Positions 16,592-25,678 of a DNA stretch of 36,847 bases are shown here, piece after piece (the stretch's first letter is position 1; every line of letters begins with the position of its first letter). The notes under the pieces were generated by a model, which worked only from the letters and a program-made list of their open reading frames with translations, ran no database searches and was not told the origin of the DNA. The translations under genes and the position numbers were made by a program. Source of the stretch: Verrucomicrobiota bacterium (lineage in GTDB: Bacteria > Verrucomicrobiota > Verrucomicrobiia > Chthoniobacterales > UBA10450); the NCBI GenBank assembly GCA_003218525.1, contig QHNU01000064.1, positions 9,548 through 46,394 on the forward strand, read 5' to 3'.

Positions 16592-17833
16592 ATGATTAAA
16601 CGCAACCGCGTCGTCGTAACTGGAATGGGTATCCTGGCGCCTAATGGCATCGGCTTGGAAGCCTTTTGGAAGTCCCTTCTCACCGCCCGCAGCGGTATCG
16701 GCCCAATCACACTTTTCGATGCTTCGAACTTGAAAAGCCGGATTGCGGGCGAAGTGAAGAATTTCGATCCGAGCCAGTACATTGAAGCAGAACTAAAACC
16801 GAAGCGCATGGCACGGCATACGCAGTTTGCTTATGCCGCAACCATGATGGCCTTAAAAGATGCTGGTTTGGATGTCAATAACCTCGATTTGCCAAGTCCT
16901 ACGCCCGTCGTTATCGGCGTCAGTACTAGCGCCATGGATATCATTGAGCGCGGTTTCAGCGACTTCGATCGTCGCGGGCCAGATGGCGTATCCCCCATAA
17001 CACTTAGCGCCTTGTCACCTCAGGCCGCCGCGAACGTGATTGCTGACCGGATAGGGGCTTGCGCACGTGCGGCGACTGTCTCCTCCGCGTGTCCTTCTGG
17101 TCTCGATGCCGTTGCCGTCGCGGCGAATATGATTTTGTCCGGAGAAGCAGAGCTGGCAATAGCGGGAGGGACGGATGCTCCGATTACGAAGTATAGTTTA
17201 GCTGCCTTTATTGTCACAGGACTTAGTTCCTGTCGCAACGGCGATCCGGAAAAAGCAAGTCGGCCGTTCGATCTGGAACGCGATTCTGGCGTAATTTCGG
17301 AGGGCGCCGGAATATTCGTGCTCGAAAATCTTGAGCGCGCACAGGCCCGCGGCGCACATGTCTATCTTGAAATCGGCGGTTATGCGAGACAACGGGACCA
17401 CTCTCCTGAGGATCCAGGATCGGGCCTTGTCGACTCAATGAAGCTCGCATTGGCAAATGCGGCACGAATGACAGATGACATCGATTACATTTCTGCTTAC
17501 GGGCCGGGACATCCAGCCTTGGATTCAGCTGAAGTCCGCTACATCAAAGAGGTTTTTGGAGAACGAGCTTATTCAATTCCCATTAGCTCGATCAAAGGAG
17601 TGACTGGAAACCCACTGTCAGCCGGCGGACCGCTGCAGATCGCGACATGCGCACTGAGCTTCCGTGACCAGACGATCCCGCCAACAGCTAATTACGAAGT
17701 CCAAGATCCGCTGTGCGATCTCGATTTCGTGCCGGATCGCCCCCGAAAGGCAAAAGTGGATTGTGCTCTAGTGAATGTTCGTGGGCTCGGAGGAAGCGCA
17801 AGCACGATGCTGGTGAATCGCATCCCATGTTGA
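16592..17833 (+). CDS. FabF/FabB-family beta-ketoacyl synthase-like protein with a non-canonical active site (Cys-Tyr-Asn instead of Cys-His-His)
   Basis: 413 aa. RVVVTGMGILAPNG and SSACPSGLDAVAVAANMI (Cys retained). ISAYGPGHPALD aligns with FabF NAHGTSTPAGD (His to Tyr). SSIKGVTGNPLSAGG aligns with FabF SSTKSMTGHLLGAAG (Lys kept, His to Asn). C-terminal GLGGSAS. Confidence 0.85.
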   Translation: MIKRNRVVVTGMGILAPNGIGLEAFWKSLLTARSGIGPITLFDASNLKSRIAGEVKNFDPSQYIEAELKPKRMARHTQFAYAATMMALKDAGLDVNNLDLPSPTPVVIGVSTSAMDIIERGFSDFDRRGPDGVSPITLSALSPQAAANVIADRIGACARAATVSSACPSGLDAVAVAANMILSGEAELAIAGGTDAPITKYSLAAFIVTGLSSCRNGDPEKASRPFDLERDSGVISEGAGIFVLENLERAQARGAHVYLEIGGYARQRDHSPEDPGSGLVDSMKLALANAARMTDDIDYISAYGPGHPALDSAEVRYIKEVFGERAYSIPISSIKGVTGNPLSAGGPLQIATCALSFRDQTIPPTANYEVQDPLCDLDFVPDRPRKAKVDCALVNVRGLGGSASTMLVNRIPC

Positions 17834-20361
17834 TAAACAGTGCCGCGGCCCCGACCCTTGCGGCGATAGTCATTCAGCTGGTTTTGGGCTTGGCCGTATT
17901 TCAAGCCAATCCGCGACGCAAATCGAACCAATGTTTCCTGCTGCTCTCGCTCTTCATCGTGATGTGGCTGGGGAGCTTGTATTCGGTTCTCTCAGCAAGG
18001 AGCACTGAAGCGGCGGCGCTTTATATTCGTCAAGCGTCAGCAGCGGCGGCGTTAATTCTCACCGCTGCTAACCTTCTCCGGTTATCGATTCAGAAACAGG
18101 ATCGGAGCTGGGGAGGGATTTTGCGCGACTCATGGCTGTGGCTCATTGCGGCGCTTGCTATCGCGACATTCTGCCAAACAAAGTTCTTTTTACAGGGGGC
18201 GCGCTTTTCACAACCGGCGGGAGCGCTGATTGCGCTACCGGTACCCGTGTATGGGAATGCTTCGGTTGTATATGTCTTCTACTTCGTAATCGCCGGACTG
18301 GCGGTGATCATCAATTATGCGCGTGATGCAAGACAAGCGACGGGTCTTAGACGCGCCGAATTCGCCTTCATTCTTACTGGCGCCGTGGCAACTCTCGGCA
18401 CCGTGCTCGTTGCTTTCAGCCTAGGCTTCTTCCTTGACCGGTCGCGTCTAGTCTGGTTCGCGCCATTTCGGATTCTTCTTTTCAGCCTGATCGTCGCCTA
18501 TGGCATAGCCACACAGAAGATCATGGACGTGGGATTTTTCCTTCGTCGAGCCATGTCCTACGCGCTGCTCACTGCTTACGTCCTAGCGCTCTACGGTTTG
18601 GTTTGGTGGCTGGTTTTCGCCGTCTTCGGTCCACTGGTGCCGGCCAGCGCTAGATCTGTCGCCCATATCACCGCCGCAGTTATGGTGGCTTTTGCCATGG
18701 CGTCAGCTCGCGGCGTCTCGCAAAAGCTGGTCGATCGCCTGTTCGTAGGCACGCGCGGTTTAGATTTTCGAGCCACCGTACAGAAGGCAACTGCTATTTT
18801 GGAATCAGTTACGACTTTGCCCGATCTACTTCGCCGATTCGCCTCTACTATCGCCGAAGCAGTGGGGACGGACAATGTTGCAATCTTTTTAGAGGATCGA
18901 AAAGGTTTTGTGCGGCGCTATTCGAGTTTCAATGGCTCTGCGTTGGATCTCCGACTCGAAATTTCCGCAGACGGCCCGTTGATCACTTGGCTCAAGAATC
19001 ATCGCGAACCACTTATCCTAGACGAGCTTCACCGTAGGCGAGCGACGGCTGCCACGACCGCGATTCGAAAAAGGCTGGAAGAACTCGGAGTCGCTGCTGC
19101 TTTGGGAATTTTTTCTCGTGAGCATCTAGTTGGGGTCATGCTGCTAGGTCCACGCTTATCCGGCCGCATCTACGGCAGCGTCGAACAAGACGCGCTCCAG
19201 ATCTTGTGCGGACAACTGGCTGTGGCGATCGAGAACGCAGAGTTATTTACCGAAGTTCAGAATGCCAAGATTTATAACGAGATTCTACTTCAGAACCTGA
19301 CTACGGGCGTAATCGCCGCGGATGCCGACGGCGGTATATCGGTATTCAATCGTGAAGCGGAGAAGATCACCGGCTTGGACGCCAAGGCAACGTTGGAAAA
19401 GACGATTCGCGATTTGCCCGGTTCTCTATGCGCTATACTGGAAACGACCCTGCAATCAGGTGAACGACAGGAAGACCGCGAGATCTATCTGCGCTCTAGT
19501 TCAGGCGTAGTATATGCCCGGGCAAGTAGCTCGACGTTCCATAGTCAAGATCGTCAATTACTCGGCGCCCTTATCGTTATTACCGACATAACCCATTTGA
19601 AACGTCTCGAGCTTCAAATTCGACGGAGCGATCGATTAGCCAGTCTTGGTACTTTGTCGGCCGGAATGGCCCATGAGATCAAGAACCCGCTCGTTTCGAT
19701 AAAGACTTTCGCTCAATTGCTTCCCGAGCGTTATAGCGAATCCGACTTCCGCGAGACTTTCTCCAACCTCATTGTCCACGAAATCAACCGTATCGACTCG
19801 CTCGTGAACCAGCTTCTTCGTTTTGCACGTCCGGCCAAGCCTTTCCTCCGCCCGATGCGCGTTCATGAAATCCTCGACAAAACCCTGCTGCTCATCCAGC
19901 ACCGCTTGTATCAAAAAGAAATCAAGCTGACGAAGTCGTGGGAGGCGGACATCGATACGACTCGCGCTGATGCCGACCAATTGGAGCAGGTTTTTTTGAA
20001 CTTCTTTCTGAATGCGATGGATGCAATGAGACAAGGTGGCGAGTTAACCGTGACAACAAAAATCCGCTCCGGTGACGTCTTAGTTTCGCAGCTCTCGGCC
20101 GAGGACGAGGAAGCAACAGAAGCATTGTGCATCTCCATTCGGGACACCGGTGATGGAATTCGAGCAGAAGATATTCCGCATGTCTTCGATCCATTTTTTA
20201 CGACGAAAGATTACGGAACAGGTCTGGGTCTATCTGTCGTTCATGGCATTATTGAAGAGCACTGCGGCCAGATCGAAGTCGAAAGCGAACTGAGTAAAGG
20301 CACTGTCTTTCATATTCTTTTGCCGCTGGTTCGTTTTAATCAGGAGGTAGCGGTAGCGTGA
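17827..20361 (+). CDS. Sensor histidine kinase: multi-pass (about 7 TM) N-terminal membrane domain, then GAF, PAS, HisKA and HATPase_c
   Basis: ATG 17827 overlaps the ketosynthase stop (ATGTTGA). The N-terminal ~300 aa are serial hydrophobic helices. GAF-like ...LGVAAALGIFSREHLVGVMLLGPR. PAS LLQNLTTGVIAADADGGISVFNREAEKITG. H-box SAGMAHEIKNPLVSIKTFAQLLPERY. G boxes RDTGDGI...DPFFTTK, GTGLGLSVVHGI. Confidence 0.85.
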   Translation: MLINSAAAPTLAAIVIQLVLGLAVFQANPRRKSNQCFLLLSLFIVMWLGSLYSVLSARSTEAAALYIRQASAAAALILTAANLLRLSIQKQDRSWGGILRDSWLWLIAALAIATFCQTKFFLQGARFSQPAGALIALPVPVYGNASVVYVFYFVIAGLAVIINYARDARQATGLRRAEFAFILTGAVATLGTVLVAFSLGFFLDRSRLVWFAPFRILLFSLIVAYGIATQKIMDVGFFLRRAMSYALLTAYVLALYGLVWWLVFAVFGPLVPASARSVAHITAAVMVAFAMASARGVSQKLVDRLFVGTRGLDFRATVQKATAILESVTTLPDLLRRFASTIAEAVGTDNVAIFLEDRKGFVRRYSSFNGSALDLRLEISADGPLITWLKNHREPLILDELHRRRATAATTAIRKRLEELGVAAALGIFSREHLVGVMLLGPRLSGRIYGSVEQDALQILCGQLAVAIENAELFTEVQNAKIYNEILLQNLTTGVIAADADGGISVFNREAEKITGLDAKATLEKTIRDLPGSLCAILETTLQSGERQEDREIYLRSSSGVVYARASSSTFHSQDRQLLGALIVITDITHLKRLELQIRRSDRLASLGTLSAGMAHEIKNPLVSIKTFAQLLPERYSESDFRETFSNLIVHEINRIDSLVNQLLRFARPAKPFLRPMRVHEILDKTLLLIQHRLYQKEIKLTKSWEADIDTTRADADQLEQVFLNFFLNAMDAMRQGGELTVTTKIRSGDVLVSQLSAEDEEATEALCISIRDTGDGIRAEDIPHVFDPFFTTKDYGTGLGLSVVHGIIEEHCGQIEVESELSKGTVFHILLPLVRFNQEVAVA

Positions 20362-22364
20362 CGCTTTCGCCTGTTTGCATCCTTTATTCTCAAGACGGCG
20401 ATCTGCTGCGGCGAGTCAAAGCGTTCCTGCGCACGATGGCGCAAGTCCGACACGTGGCCGAACCGGATCGTCTCGAGGCGGTTCTGCAACAGGTGGCGCC
20501 TGCCGTGGTCATCATGGATCTGCGGGCAAAAGAATGTCGCGATTTGCTGGAGAAGTTGCAGCAGGATTGGTCCGATTCACTTCTCATTGCGCTTGGCGCC
20601 CCACGTTCTGAACCGCTGCGCGATGCTGAGCAATCTGGGATTTACGCGGCCGAAGATTTGCAATTGGAACGGCGCCGCTTTCAGGCACTAATCGGGCGGG
20701 CGTTTGACTATTTGAACTTAATACAGGCTAATCGAGAACTGCGCGACACTTCACGACAGGTCCCGCTGCCGGATTGGGAGCGCCATTCGGAGCGTGCGCC
20801 GGAACGAGTCTATTCCCCATCGCTTCCGATGCTGCGTTTCGCGCGGGTGTTTCGTCGTTTCGAGGACGTCGAGACGCTCCTCAATAATATTGTGGAACAA
20901 GTGGCAGACGCGGCGGGGGTGACACGGGTGGGAATTTTCTCTCGAATTCGCCACGGCGACAGCTATCGGCTTCGCGCCGGACTTCGGTCTTTGCCCGAAA
21001 CGGACCAACTTGAGTACACCGAACGCGATCCGCTGGTCCGTTGGTTCGAGACCCACGCTCATCTGATTTCGCGCGGCAATCTCGCCCAGCTCGGAGGTCA
21101 AAATCAGCGCATACTCTTGCGCCGCGCTCTCGATAGCTCCGGAGCCGAAGTTATTGCGCCCCTTTACGCGGGAGGCCGCATCATCGGCTGGCTTTTCTTT
21201 GGCCATCGTGTGACCGGACAACCGTTTGGCTACGCCGATTTGGAAGCCTTGACCGTGCTCGCGGAACAGGTCTCTACCGTCCTGGAAAACGCTCTTCTTT
21301 ACGAGGAGATCTCGGTCCAAAAAACGCTCGCTGAAACGCTTCTGAAGTCGATCCCGCCGGGAATTGTTGCGATTGACGAAGGAGGGATCGTGCGATGGTT
21401 TAATTCGCCGGCTGAAAACATCCTCGGCGTCAAAACGGAAGAGGCGCTTAATCGGCCCGTTGAAATTGCGGGGAGCAAGCTCGCGATGATGTTGCGCAAC
21501 ACGCTGGACGCGACAAACAACCTGCCGCCGCAGCAATGGATTGATCCTAATACGCGGCGTTCTCTCTCTGTCGAGACACGCCGACTCGCAGATCGTCGTA
21601 CTTCGCTGGGCGCCGTTGCTGTCATTCATGACCTGACAGCGGAGGAAAATCTCCGGCAGAAGCAGGACCTTGTTGATCGCGCGGCGTTCTGGACTGATTT
21701 GGCCGCGAGCATGTCACACGAAATTCGCAATCCTCTCGTCGCCATTAAAACCTTCGCTCAGCTTCTACCTGAACGATTTGATGACGCTGATTTTCGAAAG
21801 AATTTCACCGATATTGTCGTCCAGGAAATCGATCGACTGGACAAAATCATTACTCAGATCAACTCCTTCGCGCATCCGGCCGAGCTGAATATGAAACCGC
21901 TCGATATCCGGGCTCCAGTGAAGCGCGGGCTCGAATTGGCCCGGACGAAGTTTGGAACGAATGGCGGTGTTCCGGTCGAGACGCAGCTTTCGTCGGACCT
22001 GCCAACCGTTGTGGGAGACGAAGATGCGCTGGCTGAAGCATTCGCTCATTTGGTGGCGAACGCAGCTGAAGCGGTCCGGGATCAAAAGAAACCCCGCATC
22101 GTTCTTTCAGCCAAACCACTTCGCCACGGCGACCGCGGAGGCGGCGTGCTGGTGACAATCCAAGATAACGGGCGCGGCATTGCTCCGGAGATGAAGGAGA
22201 AAGTTTTTTCTCCCTTTTGCACGACAAAGGCGCGCGGAATGGGGCTAGGCTTGCCGATTGTGAAGCGAACCGTGTTCGATCATAACGGGCGCGTCGATAT
22301 CGATACGAGCACGCGCGGGACATCGGTCACCATTGCCTTGCCAGCGAGGGCGAAGTCCGAATAG
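20358..22364 (+). CDS. Soluble sensor histidine kinase: degenerate receiver-like N-terminus, then GAF, PAS, HisKA and HATPase_c
   Basis: GTG 20358 overlaps the upstream stop (GTGA) and follows AGGAGG by 10 nt. The N-terminal ~120 aa are REC-like but lack the acidic pair, T/S and K (see findings). GAF ...GRIIGWLFFGHRVTGQPF. PAS IPPGIVAIDEGGIVRWFNSPAENILG. H-box AASMSHEIRNPLVAIKTFAQLLPERF. G boxes QDNGRGI...SPFCTTK, GMGLGLPIVKR. Confidence 0.8.
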   Translation: MTLSPVCILYSQDGDLLRRVKAFLRTMAQVRHVAEPDRLEAVLQQVAPAVVIMDLRAKECRDLLEKLQQDWSDSLLIALGAPRSEPLRDAEQSGIYAAEDLQLERRRFQALIGRAFDYLNLIQANRELRDTSRQVPLPDWERHSERAPERVYSPSLPMLRFARVFRRFEDVETLLNNIVEQVADAAGVTRVGIFSRIRHGDSYRLRAGLRSLPETDQLEYTERDPLVRWFETHAHLISRGNLAQLGGQNQRILLRRALDSSGAEVIAPLYAGGRIIGWLFFGHRVTGQPFGYADLEALTVLAEQVSTVLENALLYEEISVQKTLAETLLKSIPPGIVAIDEGGIVRWFNSPAENILGVKTEEALNRPVEIAGSKLAMMLRNTLDATNNLPPQQWIDPNTRRSLSVETRRLADRRTSLGAVAVIHDLTAEENLRQKQDLVDRAAFWTDLAASMSHEIRNPLVAIKTFAQLLPERFDDADFRKNFTDIVVQEIDRLDKIITQINSFAHPAELNMKPLDIRAPVKRGLELARTKFGTNGGVPVETQLSSDLPTVVGDEDALAEAFAHLVANAAEAVRDQKKPRIVLSAKPLRHGDRGGGVLVTIQDNGRGIAPEMKEKVFSPFCTTKARGMGLGLPIVKRTVFDHNGRVDIDTSTRGTSVTIALPARAKSE

Positions 22365-22459
22365 GGTAAGAATTCCTATTTCAGATTTTCGATTTCGGAT
22401 TTAATTTGGGCGTTTCGTCGGGTCTCAATCCGATCTTCTATACCGTTTCTGAAATATTT

Positions 22460-23431
22460 ATGATCGTCACTACCGCCCAGCTCTACAAGGTGGCCTACGG
22501 AAAGTTCGCCGTCGGCGCTTACAATATTAACAATATGGAGCAGTTGCTGGGATTGTTCCGAGGAAATATCCAGAGCAAAGCGCCATTCATTATCCAGCTT
22601 TCAAAAGGGGCCAGAAGTTACGCCGACAAACGTATGCTCGAAGCCATGATTCGAGCGGCGGAAGAGATTTTTCCTGATGCAATTTTCGCCGTCCATCTTG
22701 ATCATGGCGATGAAGAGACCTGTTACGATTGCATCGATTCCGGTTTTTACAGTTCGGTTATGATTGATGCCAGTCACGAACCGTTCGAGAAAAACATCGC
22801 GATTACGAAACGGGTAGTTGATCGCGCTCATCCGAAAGGCGTCAGCGTGGAAGCGGAACTGGGGATGCTTGGAGGCGTCGAAGAAGACATCGCAGTCGAT
22901 GAGGGTCATGCCTGTCTGACAAATCCGGAGGAAGCTGTCGAATTCATCAAACAAACGAAATGCGACTCGCTGGCAGCTGCGATCGGCACCAGCCACGGCG
23001 CCTATAAATTCAAAGGTCAGCAATCGCTTCACTTCGACGTGATCGAGAAAATCCGGGAGAACGTGAAGAAAGCCGGTTTGCCGCCCACCCCGATCGTGAT
23101 GCACGGCTCGTCCAGCGTGCCGAAATCGGAAGTGGAACGAATTAATGCGGCTGGCGGAAAACTCGATCCGTCTGCGCGGGGAGTGAATGAAGAAGAATAC
23201 CTCCCAGCGGCAAAATTGGGAGTGACGAAAGTGAACATCGATACCGATGGCCGGCTCGTTTGGACGCGCGTGCATCGGGAATTTTTCCGGGATCATCCCG
23301 AGAAATTCGATTTTCGCGAACCGGGAAAAATTTTCGTCAGCGAATACGGCACTTTCATCGCCCACAAGAACGAGAAGCTCGGTTCGGCTGGACAACTCGA
23401 TGCAGTCCGTGCCAGCGTGAAGGCACGTTGA
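22460..23431 (+). CDS. fba: Class II fructose-1,6-bisphosphate aldolase
   Basis: Start at ATG 22460 ([28 protein letters not shown]). Motifs [40 protein letters not shown] and VMHGSSSVP. Confidence 0.9.
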   Translation: MIVTTAQLYKVAYGKFAVGAYNINNMEQLLGLFRGNIQSKAPFIIQLSKGARSYADKRMLEAMIRAAEEIFPDAIFAVHLDHGDEETCYDCIDSGFYSSVMIDASHEPFEKNIAITKRVVDRAHPKGVSVEAELGMLGGVEEDIAVDEGHACLTNPEEAVEFIKQTKCDSLAAAIGTSHGAYKFKGQQSLHFDVIEKIRENVKKAGLPPTPIVMHGSSSVPKSEVERINAAGGKLDPSARGVNEEEYLPAAKLGVTKVNIDTDGRLVWTRVHREFFRDHPEKFDFREPGKIFVSEYGTFIAHKNEKLGSAGQLDAVRASVKAR

Positions 23432-24456
23432 CGCAAAGCAAGGCAGCTTTGACCCTCGGAGAAATCGCAGCAGCTACCCAGGGCGAGCTCCAAGGGAATC
23501 GGGAAACTCAGATTTTCGGCGCCGCATCATTGGCCGAAGCAACGGCTAACGAGATTTCCTTTTTCTATAATCCTCGTTACAGCACGCAGCTTCGAAAAAC
23601 CCGCGCTTCCGCCGTCTTTGTGCCGCGCGACTTTGCCGACGACATCGGTGCTGCCGTGATCAGGGTGGAAAACCCTGCTAAGGCTTTCGAGCAAATCGCG
23701 ATGCGGTTTGCTCCTGCGCCGGTACAGTTTGCGCCTAGAATCCATCCGAGCGCCGTTATCGATCACAGCGTGCAACTAGGTGAACATGTTTCGGTGCAGC
23801 CATATGTGGTGATCGAGGCCGGCGCGCGAATTGGAGCCGGCACCACCATCGGCGCCGGAAGCTACATTGGCCACGATGTGGTTATCGGCCCAGGCTGCAT
23901 AATCTATCCGCGCGCCACAGTCCGGGAACGATGCCGGATCGGGGCGCATGTGGTCTTGCATAGCGGCGTCGTCATCGGGGCAGACGGATTCGGCTTCGAG
24001 CTGACAGCCGAGGGTCAGCAAAAAGTGCCGCAGATCGGCATCGTGCAGATCGACGATAACGTGGAAATCGGCGCAAACACAACGATCGACCGCGCACGAT
24101 TTGGTCGCACTTGGATCCAAGAGGGAGCGAAGATCGACAATTTAGTACAGGTTGCTCACAACGTCGTGATTGGAAAACATACGGTCATTGCGGCACAGAC
24201 TGGTATCGCTGGAAGCGCGCGAATTGGCCAGCGGGTGATGATCGGGGGACAGGTCGGGATCATTGGTCACGTGGAGATTGGCGATGGCACTGCCATCGGC
24301 GCTCAGACCGGCGTTTCAAAGAACCTCAATGGTGGTGTTTGGTGGGCGACGCCCTCGGTCCCGCTTCGAGAGGCGAAATTGCATTTGGCCTGGGTGCGAC
24401 GGCTCGGTGAGTTTTTCGAACGGGTGAAAAAACTCGAAGCAAAGCTTGGATTGTAA
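23428..24456 (+). CDS. lpxD: UDP-3-O-acylglucosamine N-acyltransferase
   Basis: N-terminal [17 protein letters not shown]...ISFFYNPRY, then a long left-handed beta-helix of hexapeptide repeats ([10 protein letters not shown]..., [47 protein letters not shown]). The proposed TTG start at 23428 overlaps the fba stop (TTGA). The ORF-track start at 23260 would overlap fba by 170 nt. Confidence 0.85.
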   Translation: MTQSKAALTLGEIAAATQGELQGNRETQIFGAASLAEATANEISFFYNPRYSTQLRKTRASAVFVPRDFADDIGAAVIRVENPAKAFEQIAMRFAPAPVQFAPRIHPSAVIDHSVQLGEHVSVQPYVVIEAGARIGAGTTIGAGSYIGHDVVIGPGCIIYPRATVRERCRIGAHVVLHSGVVIGADGFGFELTAEGQQKVPQIGIVQIDDNVEIGANTTIDRARFGRTWIQEGAKIDNLVQVAHNVVIGKHTVIAAQTGIAGSARIGQRVMIGGQVGIIGHVEIGDGTAIGAQTGVSKNLNGGVWWATPSVPLREAKLHLAWVRRLGEFFERVKKLEAKLGL

Positions 24457-24541
24457 CTTCGATTGTCACCCTCAGAGATGTTTTGGGCTTCTGAAGTTCA
24501 CCGGCTTCCGGACTGCAATGCCGCCGGCCAAGCGATAGTCC

Positions 24542-24557
24542 TGGCAGAGTTCATGCT
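24542..24557 (+). promoter_or_regulatory. Candidate sigma-54 (-24/-12) promoter upstream of the single-domain response regulator
   Basis: TGGCAGAGTTCATGCT has GG and GC with the canonical 10-nt spacing (consensus TGGCAC-N5-TTGC). It lies ~27 nt upstream of ATG 24584. Confidence 0.3.
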
Positions 24558-24583
24558 TATCACAATTCTAGAAATTCCAGCCA

Positions 24584-25003
24584 ATGAACCTATCTTCGGA
24601 AAGCGTCGAGTTTCTCATCGTCGATGATGATGCTCCGCTCTCTGGCTTCTTCCGCGCCTATTTGGAAAGCAAAGGACACAGTTGCTTCGCGATCACAGAT
24701 GCCTCGAGCGCGATCGCTTGGTTACGCGCCAATCATTGTGCAGTCGCAATCATTGATCTCAAAATGCCAAAAATCGATGGCATCTCACTCGTCTCCCTCG
24801 TTCGCGAATTTGATTCCGCGCTGCCGGTCATCGTATTGACCGGCGCCGGCTACGATGAAGACCAGATGCATGCGGCATTGGGTGCCGGCGCTAATGGCTA
24901 CGTCAGCAAGAATCTGCCGGTCGAGCAGCTATATCGCGTTCTTTCGCGCATCCTCGGAACGACGCGCCATCCGGCAGCAGGAGAATTGTTGGGAGCGGCT
25001 TAA
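24584..25003 (+). CDS. Single-domain (CheY-like) response regulator
   Basis: 139 aa. FLIVDDDAPL, AIIDLKMPKIDG, VIVLTGAG and GANGYVSKNLP supply all canonical REC residues. No output domain. Confidence 0.85.
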   Translation: MNLSSESVEFLIVDDDAPLSGFFRAYLESKGHSCFAITDASSAIAWLRANHCAVAIIDLKMPKIDGISLVSLVREFDSALPVIVLTGAGYDEDQMHAALGAGANGYVSKNLPVEQLYRVLSRILGTTRHPAAGELLGAA

Positions 25004-25404
25004 TCCGGCAGCGCTTCCTCAAGAAGCGCGCGAAGGTTTTCGATCGAAATACAGTTGGCGCCACATGCGCTGGCCGTTTCCTGCTCGAGCCGATCGGACG
25101 TGGCGACGACAAGATCGAACTTTTCACCATACTTGCCAGCGAGACGCTCGATGATGGCATCGGCAGGTTGGCCTGCGCGCGAATAGAAAATCTGTATCCC
25201 ATGCGGTTCAGAAAGGTCTGTCGGAGTCGAACCAGTGCCGTCGAAGACCACTACCACACGGACGCCAGTGTAATCCTGATAAGCGCGCAATTTCTTGACG
25301 AGCACATCCCGTGCGAGCGACGAGCGACGGGCGTGTAGCTTCGCCATTTCCGGCCATCCAAAGATAGCGCTGTGGCCATCGACAATGAGATATCGCGGCC
25401 GCAT
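25000..25404 (-). CDS. NYN-domain (YacP/Rae1-like, PIN-related) predicted RNase
   Basis: 134 aa. YLIVDGHSAIFGWPE, VRVVVVFDG, IQIFYSRAGQPADAIIERL, DLVVATSDRLEQ. This pattern matches the YacP-like NYN family from memory. Confidence 0.65.
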   Translation of the reverse strand: MRPRYLIVDGHSAIFGWPEMAKLHARRSSLARDVLVKKLRAYQDYTGVRVVVVFDGTGSTPTDLSEPHGIQIFYSRAGQPADAIIERLAGKYGEKFDLVVATSDRLEQETASACGANCISIENLRALLEEALPD

Positions 25405-25678
25405 CTGAATTTCGAGTGCGAAGCGTTATTCGACCACGCCCGTGCTTGCAGTTTTTTTGGCTTTGCCGCGTGGTGCTTGAGAGAGGGCAGTTTTCTCTTT
25501 CGTTTTTCGCCGCCCCCAGTAAGCTCGGCGCCGTTTTCGTTTTGCTCGCACGCGATGTTGCTGCCCCATTCAACTTCTATACGGGCGTGTGCTCGGGCGT
25601 GCAAGAACCACTCATTTGCACTGAAGTCTTGAAAAGCATGGCCGGTTGGCTAAAAACTGCGCGTAATCTTCCCACTCG

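Noticed and set aside
17713-17826. Upstream extension of the 7TM kinase ORF into the ketosynthase gene.
   Set aside because: The extension is basic and low-complexity (MRSRFRAGSPPKGKSG...) and overlaps the conserved KS C-terminus. ATG 17827 starts directly at the first TM helix.
20751-21629. Long antisense ORFs inside well-supported genes. Examples: 292 aa at 20751-21629, 264 aa at 22601-23395, 286 aa at 30707-31567, 248 aa at 33074-33820, 193 aa at 3914-4495 and 212 aa at 25612-26250.
   Set aside because: Each lies fully opposite a gene with strong family motifs. They have Arg/Ser/Ala-rich, motif-free translations typical of shadow ORFs in GC-rich coding DNA.
23260-23427. N-terminal extension of the lpxD ORF (ORF-track start 23260).
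   Set aside because: It would overlap the well-supported fba gene by ~170 nt in another frame. Its translation ([25 protein letters not shown]...) is Arg/Ser-rich and unlike LpxD. A TTG at 23428 gives a normal-length LpxD.
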